From positions 88,786,001 to 88,850,000 of the forward strand of contig CM052816.1 of NCBI GenBank assembly GCA_028534125.1: a stretch of DNA of 64,000 nucleotides. Reading direction: 5' to 3'. Positions 1-10,979 of the stretch are shown piece after piece; positions within the stretch are counted from its first letter, which is position 1, and each line of letters starts with the position of its first letter. This DNA is from Lama glama (Eukaryota). The position numbers and the translations under genes were made by a program. A model generated the notes under the pieces. That model searched no databases. It worked only from the letters and a program-made list of their open reading frames with translations, and was not told the origin of the DNA.

Positions 1-59
1 AATACTTGGCTAAACTGCTGGCAAAACTCTTACTGTTTGTACCACCCTTGGAAAAGACT

Positions 60-300
60 CTTGGGACTAGCAGTGGAATCCTTCCTATTGATTGGCTGGT
101 TAAATAGGGGACTATTAGCTTCAGACAGGCTGGATTGATAACACAGCGGCAGCGAGGGCTGAGGCTCTGAGCCGAGCGAGCGTCGGGGTGAAGAGGAGAG
201 CGAGCCGGCAGCGCGAGGTGCGGGGGGCTGGCTGTGCACCGTCCGTCGCAGCACCGTGTGACTGCGGGTGCCCATCATCCTGCTTCGCAGCTGCCTCGGT
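60..300 (+). promoter_or_regulatory. Small CpG-rich promoter / TSS region
   Basis: 18 CpG dinucleotides lie between 147 and 298 in an otherwise CpG-depleted window. An inverted CCAAT box (ATTGG, 91-95) and a TATA-like TTAAATAGG (100-108) sit just upstream, and a strong splice donor follows at 500. Confidence 0.7.
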
Positions 301-499
301 CAACAACTTACTGAGGTGCCTTTTCTTTCACAAGAGGATGTCAGCTCTGAGCCCCAGCGAGAAATAACAGACTTCACCTTGGAATAGTTCATCTCACTCC
401 TGCTTCATTAAAAAAGGATTTTGAAAAGAAAGCCAAATCAAGTCCCCTTTCCAGCCCCACTTTGTTCCCGAATTGGACAGAAACAGTTTCCTGCTTCAG
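135..499 (+). other. Probable non-coding first exon (5' UTR) of a large unidentified gene; start approximate
   Basis: Ends at a near-consensus donor CAG|GTAAGA (GT at 500-501). Composition drops to AT-rich intron-like sequence afterwards. The only ATG (338) opens a 9-aa ORF. Confidence 0.6.
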
Positions 500-3400
500 G
501 TAAGAATATTACGTTTCTTCATCTCTGGATTTCTTTTCAGTCAGGCACAGCCAAATACAGCCTAGCTTTGCGTGCTTTAAAACCTGAGTTTGCAGTGATG
601 CCTTAAAGTAATACAATGCACAGGCACATCAATTTAGAAATGTGGTAATGCATATTTATGTGAGTGTATTTGCTGTTTTATCTTCAGGTACATGTAAGTT
701 TTTTGTTCGTTTGTTCTGTAAGGGAACTAGGCTGTAAATTTATGAGCAGCTAATCTGTATGAAGAAGAGAATTCAGCAAAGTCCACACTACAATGAGCAT
801 TTTTACTAATAACCTTAAAACATGTTCATATATGTGGTTCTTAGCTGTTAAACAACTTTGAAAAATAATAGCAAAGCATGAAAGGACCCTTACTGCATTA
901 AATGTCTACTATTAGATTTCATGCAGACACCGAAGCTACTATGTGCTTTTTCAGTGATTGTCAGTGGTAAGTTATTTTTTCTAAATCTGTCTTTTGATTG
1001 CAGACTTAACTCTTCAACATAAACACGATGTGTCTTAAATGAAGTGACAATAGACTGCCATCTCATTATGGCTAACTTACTGATAGCTAGATTTTGGTCT
1101 TAAGAAAGTACTGAGCTAAGGTGAAGAAATATGACTCTGGAGATGTTTAGCTGAAGCTGCAGTTCCATCAATTAATGATTGAAGTGTCAGTGATAGTACA
1201 TGCTGGTAAATGTCTCCGGATATATAGGAACATTGCACTTATCAAATTCTCTACCGGGAACAGGGATTTTTTTTTTTTATGTTTCTGAGGAAAGGGACAG
1301 GATGGAATAGGAATAATGGGTTGAGGCATTGCAGTATTGATGTAGTTGGTTACTCTTAGGCGTATAGGTCACAAAATGTCAACCGCTAAAGAGACAGCAC
1401 TGTGATATCAGACAAAAAGAAGGATTTATTTCATCTTTGCTAGAAGTGAAATGATTTGTGAGATTTTTTGATGGCAATTTATTTGCTTTCGGATCAATGA
1501 AGAGGGATATTTTACTCCAAGAGATACCTCTGATTGCCTTTGAAGTGAAGTTCCCTGAGTCACTCCTCCTCGAATCAAAACCAAGCTTCCATCTGTGATA
1601 AGTGCACAAAACTTTTTAATATGTTGTACAATGTTTCAAAAGAGAACACGATTGCCAACACTCTTGGGAGCCAATGTAACTGAAGTTTGGCATATTACAT
1701 ACTCTGAATGGCTGTGTTTGTGTGTGTTTCACCCTTGCTATATTTTAAACATAACTGCATATTTGAAGAATACAGCTTTTCATGGTATCTATTTTGTCTT
1801 CCAAATGTGAAATAGCATTTTCATGTTTTGTAGTAGCATAACTATTACAGCTATCTAAATATTTCTAATAACCGTATCAGAAGGGGATGATGGGACCACT
1901 ATTATACCTTTTTTAAACTGCAGTCTGACTAAAAGAATAAAAATGTGTATTAGAGAATATCGAATTTTTTAATCTATGAACTGAGTTGTTTGAAAAAAAA
2001 ATCACCTCTTTTAGGTATTACGTATGAGAAACTAATGCCAAACTCTGGACTGAGGAAGGTGGCACTATGGACCATACAGTCATGTTATATATTAGCAATA
2101 TTATATCAAATCCACATGCAGCATTTGTCTTAAATCTGTTATACTCTTGTTTAGTTATTGCTTTGCATATTATGTTATACTATCATTTTGTGCAGCTTAT
2201 CCAAAGTTTATTCCTTCCACCTTATCACTTATACAAATAATATGACATCTCATCAAAGGATAGACTGAAAGTTTAGCTAATGAATCTAATAATTTTTATA
2301 ATACACAAAGTTATTTAAAGTTTCATGACTTTTGTTGCAACAATGCTGATGTCCAAGCTATTTATACATCACAGTTTTCTTATAGCGCTTATTTATGGGT
2401 TATATTGAGGTATATAGCATAAAGAAAACTAATTCTCAATTGCACTGTGTGGTTTTATGAAACCATTAATATTTTAGCATGGATAGATGCAAATCTTCAT
2501 ATTTGATTTTTCCCATGAATAGGCATATCTTTTCTTTAAAAAGACTTTTTAAATAATGTCTTAAATGATGTGCCTCTTTTACTTAGGCGTTCTCCTTAGC
2601 TCATCCTCATCAGTTTGATCTCTTTTTTTTGGTTATCTTACAAATTCTGTAATTACTCCTATAGGGGGTTTGATTCTCCATATTCTTAGTAGGAAATGGT
2701 ATCATGATTGGGAAAAAAAAGCCAGTTCTTTTTAAAATAATATTTCACACTTCCCAACTATGTAATTAAATATGTCTCCTGCATTCCAGATCAGTGCGTC
2801 TGAGCAGACACGATCGAGGAAGACAAGTGTCCTAGCAGTCATGTAAAAAGCAGTGTGATTCTGAAAGCTAGCAGTTTACTCAGTCAGTTCAGCTTAGGGA
2901 TTTTCGCTTTTCTGTGCGTCTTTGACAGGGCTCCATTTGACCTTTTATTCAACTTTCCACTCACTTCCATGGTATCAGATGTCTTTCCTGATTCTCATTT
3001 CAGCCACAGTGAACCAACAAGAATTGAGAAAGTACAGCCTATTTTGTTTTGATAGATATCTGAACCATTAGGGGGCTCTTTCTTCCCATGTTATCCTCAG
3101 CAAACCACTGAAAGGTTGTACTGCTTTCTTAAAGTATTTCTCTGTTTTTAAAATGTTGAGTGCTGCTTAACGTAGGTTTCTCCTATTCCCCACAAAAAGA
3201 AACATTTCAGATCAATAAGAATTCTTTATTTTCACAGGAAAATGAATTTGTCCTATGCTTCTTAAGTTTCTTTTCTGTTTAAAATATTCTTGTAAATTAA
3301 ATGTTTAATTTTTTGAAATAACAAAGACTTCACATAGTAAAATTATTGATTTTAGGTAACTTTAAAGGTTGTATGTTATGCAACTAGCATTCTAAGAAAT

Positions 3401-5232
3401 GTTAAAATAAGGAAAAACTAAAGGGAAGAAAGTCATTTTACAATTGTCTGTAAATATCTGTGAACCGCACAGAGAGAATGAGTGACTCTGGGCTTACATG
3501 CAGTTTGCTTTCAAGAGAGAACAGCAGGCAGCTAAAAGAGAGTATTACTTGTTTTCTACAAAAATAGACATGGAAGAATTGAAAATAAAAGGATGGTTTC
3601 ACTATCCGTACACATATAGAAAATGTATTTTTAAATACTCCCCCCACCAAATTCTTCATTGTACTGAATGAAGTTTTCATAAATATACACAGAGGGTGAT
3701 GCAACGACTGATTATGGGGAGAAGGGGTGTTTCCTGTATCACTTCTGGAAGCCATGCATATTGAATTACACTGCAGACTTTCTTAATAAATGGGAAAACA
3801 TCCCTTCCATCTCTACAGCAGCTAATGATGTCACCTTACTGCAGGACCTGTTGAGGATTTGTCAACACTTAATAAAGTCCCTGTGCAAAAGCAATCTGTT
3901 TTGTAGGTCTACACTTTTCATCACATGGTAGCAACTCCATGGAATGAGAAAGAAGTGACATTCACTTTCTGAGAGAGATTTATTTGGGGAAGTTGAGAGC
4001 AGGGCAGGGATTCTGCCCAATGAGTCATGGAATCCCAGTCCTTTATTGAAAGCCTCACTGGCTTATCAGGGTAGAAGAGTAGTTGCTTAAATAAAATGGG
4101 AAGATGGAAATGGTACAGTCATTTCCTTTACTGGTGTTTTGAAAGTAAACATATAAGGATTTTATTCTTTGTTTGAAAATTTGCCTACCCTGAAAGGAGT
4201 GAATTTTGAATGCAACTAGGGTAACAATATGCGTAGCTGTGTGGAAACTATTTCAAGTATACCTGGAACAGGCTGGTATATAGTTTAATGCAGTTCCTTC
4301 TCATAAAATTTTACTTTATTAGCGTGAATCATTGAGCAATAAGACTTGAGTAGGAATCCTAATGCTATGGTTTGATGTAATTGGGATGAAAAATATTTTA
4401 AGAAATTTAAATTTCCTCTGCTAGAAAGAGGTGGTCTTTTATGTTAAAGTAGGACAGCTTTGGACATAGAGAAAAGGTCTAAAACTGAAAATTGGACAAA
4501 AAAAAAGAAAATACAGTGACTGTATGATTTTTTTTTATGTCACAAAATTTTACCCAGAACCATGAGGTAAATATAAAAATGCAAGTTAAATATTCACGTT
4601 TTCTGTTTAATAGTAAAGAAGTGAAGATACCACTGAAGTAAAACTTTTTATACCTCACATGATATGAGGACAAATCTATAGAAAAGTGAAAAGTAGAAAA
4701 ACCAGTATCTGGGATAGATAACTACTAATATGATGGCCTAATACCAAATTTTCAAAGGAAACAAGATAGTTCATTGCTACTGAGTTTAATCTAATAGAAT
4801 GAGACAGATGATAATAATTATTAGAAAGCATGCATCCGTTTGTATATCTTGTTGCTATTACTGTGAACTGAATTATACTTTAAAACAAAATAAAATAAAA
4901 TCACTCCTGAGCCTGTTTGCCTTCTCAAACTATGTGTATGATTGGGTGAGAATGTATCTATGTATATATATGGGTATATTTTTTATAGAGTGAAAATATA
5001 AATCACCTTTACTGGATGACATGATTTGTGTTCTGTATCTTTCATTTTCCACTTTAATAAGTTACTCTTACTGTATTCAAATCCTCTCCTACCACCAATA
5101 CATACCCATACACAGACACTGTGATTACTTCTGGTCATTTTATATTAAAATTTGCTTAGCTATGACCTTAGATTGGTCCATATTAGGCCTCTTCTAATGG
5201 GCATTGTTTCATGTCCATTAGAACTGTGTCTT

Positions 5233-6428
5233 TTCTTTAAAATATTTTTTATGGAAGTATCATTGATTTATAAAGTTGTGTTAGTTTCTGGTGTACAGCA
5301 AAGTGATTCAGTTATGTGAGTGTGTGTATGTGTGTGTGTGTGTGTATGTGTTTTATACATGTATTCTTTTTCATGTTCTTTTCCATTATGGTTTATTGTA
5401 GGATATTGAGTATAGTTCCCTGTGCTATATAGTAGGACCTTGTTGTTTATATATTTTATACATAGTAGTTTGTATCTGCTAATCCAAAACTCCTAATTTA
5501 TCCTTTTCCCACCCCATTTCCTCTTTGGTACACATAAGTTTGTTTTCTATGTCTGTGAATCTGTTTCTGTTTTGTGAATAAATTCACTTGTGTCATATTT
5601 TAGATTCCGCATAGAAGTGATGTCATATTCTATTTGTCTTTCTCTTTCTGACTTATTTCACTTACTGTGATAATCTCTATGTCCATCCATGTTATGCAAT
5701 AGACATTATTTTGTTTTTTTATAACTGAGTAATATTCCATTGTATATATGTACCACATCTTCTTTATTCATTCATCTGTCAATGGACATTTATGTTGCTT
5801 CCATATCTTGGCTATTGCAAATAGTGCTGCTATGAAATTGGGGTGCATGTATCTTTTCAAATTATAGTTTTCTCTGGGTATATGCCCAGGAGTGGGATTG
5901 GTGGATCATATGGCAACTATATTTCTAGTTTTGTAAGGAACCTCCATACTGTCTTCCATAGTGTCTGCATCAATTTACATTCCCACCAACAGTATAGATG
6001 AGTTAGTTCCCTTTTCTCCACACCCTCTCCAGCATTTGTTATTTGTAGACATTTTAATGATGACCATTTTGACCACTGTGAGGTGATACCTCATAGTGGT
6101 TTTGATTTGTATTTCTCTAATAATTTGTGATGTTGAGCATCTTTTCATGTGGCTATTGGCCATCTGTATGTCTTCTTTGGAAAAATGTCTGCTTAGGTTT
6201 GCCCATTTTCTGACTGGATTTTTTGTTGTTATTGTTATTGAGTTGTTTAAGCTGTTTGTATATTTTGGAAATTAAGCCCTTGTTGGCCACATCTTTTGCA
6301 AATTATTTTCTCCCAGTCCATAGCTTGTCTTTTTGTTTTGTTTATGGTTTCCATTACTATCCAAAAGTTTGTGAGTTTGATTAGTTCCCACTTGTTTATT
6401 TTTGCTTTTATTTATATTGCCTTGGGAG
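5233..6428 (-). mobile_element. 5'-truncated LINE-1 (ORF2 C-terminus + 3' UTR) with 14-bp TSD
   Basis: ORF 5975-6163 ([24 protein letters not shown]...[11 protein letters not shown]) is the L1 ORF2 cysteine-rich end. Perfect direct repeat TAGAACTGTGTCTT at 5219-5232 and 6429-6442. Confidence 0.95.
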
Positions 6429-6804
6429 TAGAACTGTGTCTTCAGTCATGTAACTGATTTAATTCTTGTTGTTTACCAAATTCCAGTTACTCCAAATTGT
6501 AAATGAGAGGATTTTCGCACAGGGTTACTGAGAATAATGGAAGATAATCTATTATTATACATTTTATTAATCACAGAATGGGTAAAGTATAAGTAAAATA
6601 TGAGTAAACTTTTTTACTTGTCTAAGGAATGTACAGATAATACTCATGTCAAGTAATCCAATTCTCACCTATGACTGGCAGAAATAAATAAAGTGGGAGA
6701 GGATCCAGTTGCAAAACATAATATATAACAGTAGCATTTTTGAGCAGACATGGCAAAGGGGTTTCAAACATTTATAACATATCCATTTTGTTAAATGAAT
6801 GGAG

Positions 6805-7695
6805 TTAAGTTTTTAGATTAGTTGTAGGTTTACTGAAAAATGAGAGGAAAGAGCATAGACTCCCCCCATAGCCCCTCACTTCCATCTCCTCCCTACCTTA
6901 CTAGTTTCCTTCCCCAGCCCTGCTAGTTTCTCCTGTTATTAACATCTGGCATTTTCAAGATACAGTTGTTATGATGAATGAGCCATTATTGATAAATTAT
7001 TATTGAATAAATAATCTTTGTATTGTACATTCTATAGGTTATGATAAATGCATAAGAATGTATATCTACCATTAGGGTTATATGAACAAAAGTTCCACTG
7101 CCCTAAAACTCACCTATGTTCCACTGATTTATTTCTTACTCCCTCCCTACCTCTGAAGCTCTGACCTTTTCACTTTCTCCATAATTTTATCTTTATAAGA
7201 ATGTCACATGGTTGGAATCATACAGTATGCAGTCCTTTCACATTGTCTTCTTTCACTTAATGATGTACATTTTAAGTTCCTCTATGTCTTTTTTGAAGCT
7301 TGATCTAATTTCTTTTTATTGCTGAGTAACATTCCATTGTATAGATTAACTGCTGTTTGTTTATCCATTTATCTACTGAGGGACATCTTGATTGCTTCCA
7401 AATTTTGACAGTTCTGAGTAAAGTTGCTATAAACATCCAGGTGCATGTTTTTATGTGGACATAACTTCAGTTCATTGAGTAAGTACTCATAAGTTTGCTT
7501 GCTTGTTCATATGATAAGAATGTGTTTCATTTTATAAGCTGTCAGACTGTTTTCCAAAATGGTTGTACCATTTGCATTCCCATCAGCAATGGAGAAGAGT
7601 TCCTGTTGCTCCACATCCTCACCAGAATTTGGTGTTGTCAGTGGTTTGAATTTTAGTCTTTCTCATAGGTATACAGTATATCTCATTGTTGTTTT
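6805..7695 (-). mobile_element. Old LINE-1 3' fragment (L1MB/L1MC-like)
   Basis: Typical antisense L1 motifs: ggaatcatacagtatg, gggacatcttgattgcttcca, ccatttgcattcccatcagcaatg, gttcctgttgctccacatcctcaccag. Confidence 0.85.
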
Positions 7696-8315
7696 TGACA
7701 TATACTGTTGATTGGTAATAGCTGCTTGTGTCATGTTGAGAATAAATCTAAGGCACATTACGGATCTTCAGGAAACACGCCCAGAATCAATTGGCAGTGT
7801 TTCCTTGCCAAATTGTTTCTTTCCTTTTTAGGACAGGGTGTGTGTTTGTGGAAGAGGAGGTAATTCATTATTTGTAACTCACATTTCCTATTCACAATTT
7901 AGGGCTCTGATGGAATGAATGTATAAATGAGAGCAATCAAATAATTCAATCCTGCATTTATCAATTATCAAATAACAATAGTTTTCTATTTTTTGAACCT
8001 TATGATTAAATTAAGGGAGTTGAAGCCCTAGATAGCTCAGTAGCTACCATCACTTAGACCTCGCTGCATGTCAGAAACCTAACAACAATAATAGCATCCA
8101 ATCTGATTTATTTTAGTCAATTCTCCTCTTTCTTTGCTTCCCATATTGTACCTTCTAGTCATGTTTCTATTGTGGGTAGAAATGTCTGGCTTCATAGATT
8201 GCTTATCAGAGAAAAAACAAAACTCTCAGACAGGTTGACCTTTTTCGTAACCTGGCCTTCACCAGTTTCTGATATTATTGGTGATTATTTTGAGCTCAAG
8301 TTAGGCTATGTTTTC

Positions 8316-8637
8316 TTTTCTTTTTTTTTTTTAACATTTTTTATTGATTTATAATCATTTTACAATGTTGTGTCAAATTCCAGTGTAGAGCACAATTTTT
8401 CAGTTATACATGAACATATATATATTCATTGTCACATTTTTTTCTCTGTGAGCTACCATAAGATCTTGTGTATATTTCCCTGTGCTATACAGTATAATCT
8501 TGTTTATCTGTTCTACAATTTTGAAATCCTGTCTATCCTTTCCCACCCTCCATCCCCTTGGCAACCATAAGTTTGTATTCTATATCTATGAGTCTGTTTC
8601 TGTTTTGTATTTACGCTCTGTTGTTGTTGTTGTTGTT
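8316..8637 (-). mobile_element. Young lineage-specific L1 3' end, severely 5'-truncated, with 18-bp TSD
   Basis: Poly(T) tail followed by L1 3' UTR. Flanking repeats AAGTTAGGCTATGTTTTC (8298-8315) and AAGTTGGGCTATATTTTC (8638-8655) differ at 2 positions. Confidence 0.9.
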
Positions 8638-9944
8638 AAGTTGGGCTATATTTTCCCTTTCCCCCAGGTACTTTCTCTCAACCCTCAACTTTTGTCTGTG
8701 ACAGACTTCCTGACTTGTTTGGTCTTTCTTATATTCTCTACTAGTTCAAGCATTACTAATCTTTCTACAAATCCTTACTGAGAATTGTTCTACTTTTAAT
8801 TACGTAAGATCTTGCATCGTTATCTAAACATTTATTGTATTTTTGTTATATTCTTCTATGCAAACTATATGATTCATAAAGAGAACAAAAATTGTTTGTA
8901 TTTCTTTTTTGTAGTCCTTAAAGTACCATGTTCATACAACTTATTAATGCCTATTAGTTGAAGAAATGTATCAAAGCATTTATTCTTGTTAGTATAAACT
9001 TTGTAAATAATTTTTGAAATGTCATGCATCCAATATCCCTGCCTTTTCTCCCCCTTCTTTTGATTTAAAAAAGGGGCAATCCAGTTGATGAAAAGGTCTT
9101 GTATGGTAAAAGAAAGCACTTTAAGGCAGAGAGTACAAGGTAGAGATTTGTTCTCCTCCCAAATCTTTTGGGGCATTGATTTGATTTTAAATATTTTGAA
9201 AGGAGAACCAAGCTATTGAACTATTTTGTAACACACTAATTAAATTTTGAAAGGTCTCTTGAAACAGTGCACAGATAAAGGTCTATCTGAAACATAAATA
9301 AAACCACCAGTCTCTGAAGATGTTTAGGGGTTCTGCAAAAGAGCAGATAGGAAAAAGTATTTTAAATGCCATTGTCTACTCTGTCACCCTCTCCTTTTTT
9401 GTGTGTGGGTCTGTGTCTTGGCATATTTAATTCTTGTAAATTGACTTATATTCTGAAGTGCCCTTTTCTGATATTTATTTAAGAATTTATATTGCTTTTA
9501 ATATTCTTTTTCATACAGTTTAGTTGTTGGCTGGTGGAGGTACTCAGGGTATCATTTCTACCATCTAGTTGTTGAATGCTGCTGTCATAAATCAATACAA
9601 CTTTAACTTCTTGGCTTGGAACTAGAGAACTGACCGGTTCATTGCCAAATACTCCTTGATAAACTGTTCCTTTAATCTACTGAGGACAGAACATTTTGAC
9701 CCAAAGCAATAAAATTATCACCGAGAAAGAACACTAGAGGTTTTTCAGAACAAATTTCTGAAGCCCAATTTTGAAGTACATTTGATAGAGGGGAAAAGGG
9801 ACATGGAGAGCTGAATTTCAGATTCACGTCTTTTTATCTCTAAAGCACATTTTTAAAAACACTATGTTATATTACCTCTCTTACTCTAGAAACTTAGAGT
9901 TTTTTTTAAAATTTTTTGTTGGTTTGGTTTTGATTTTAATATTT

Positions 9945-10110
9945 GTAAGCCTGAGTCTCATCCACTTTACAATACAGAAAATAATGATATTTATCTTACA
10001 GAGGTGATCCAAGGGTTCAGTAAAATCATATGGGTAAAAAGCTTAGAAGAGTGACTGACATAATCACAGACATAAAAACAACAGCAGGATTGATATACAT
10101 TAAATGCTTC
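9945..10110 (+). mobile_element. MIR SINE fragment
   Basis: Core-like sequence: ctgagtctcatccactttacaatacagaaaataatgat...aaaagcttagaagagtgactgacata. Confidence 0.6.
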
Positions 10111-10344
10111 TGAATTCACAGTGCTTGAAAAATGGATTTAAAATGCCTTCTTGCTGTCATTGACTCAGTCATTCAAGAAACATTGCTGGGAAGCTAATAG
10201 GTATGAAAATTTATTCTTAACTATTCAAGTGGCTGTAAAGATGAATAAAGAATATATTAGAATTTCCCCATCTGGAAGACAAGGAATAAAATCATGTCAG
10301 TAATGAAACTATTATTTTCTTTAACTCCAACATGCCCTCCATCC

Positions 10345-10690
10345 TCTAATGGGGAGGGGAGGGCTGTTGAAACAACATTTTTCTTTTTCCGGCCTACTTC
10401 CTGTCAGATGCTGCAGCTACTGAGGCTGTGGAAGGCAGGAGCATGGAATGAAACCTCTTCCTTTCCTTTCTCGTTGGCTGCTTTGTCAGCATTACCTCAG
10501 GCTGTTCTTCACCTCAGCAGCAGCAGCTGATTCAACCAGCATTTGTTTCCTTTTCCCAGCTGCTTCCCGATCTCACAGAACTGGCTTCTTTGTGCCCCCT
10601 CAGTGGGGCACCAGGGACCGGGCCAGCAGAGCCCTTCCCCTCACACCAGGGGCCCATTCTCCATCTTTTAGGATCTTCTACCTTTAAGAG
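10345..10690 (+). other. Candidate alternative promoter and first exon
   Basis: GC-richer, apparently non-repeat block. GGGGAGGGGAGGG box (~10350), ETS-like TTCCGG and CTTCCTGT (10387-10404), short CAG run, and donor GAG|GTAACT (GT at 10691-10692). Confidence 0.4.
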
Positions 10691-10979
10691 GTAACTGGCA
10701 TTGAGAAAAAAAAATATTTCAGTCCTTTGTTTAAAAAAAAGATGGGAAAAATACTTCAAGAAAGAGAGTGTAAATTAAAAGTTTGTTCATGTCATTTCTT
10801 TAAAAGCCTTTATTTGAATTGGAAAGATCGTAGGAAAAGAACCAAGAAATTCTCCTTTGTTCCCCCAGCCCTAAGGGTGGTAGCTGTTTCCAGCATTTAC
10901 TATCTCTTTCTTACCTCACTGTTTTCTTGTAGTTTAAGTCTTCTGAGATGTGTATAAACTTCCGTTAACATGACTGTTA

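Noticed and set aside
30..306. Minus-strand ORFs over the CpG-rich region
   Set aside because: Stop-poor because of high GC. Promoter motifs and the splice donor point to the + strand.
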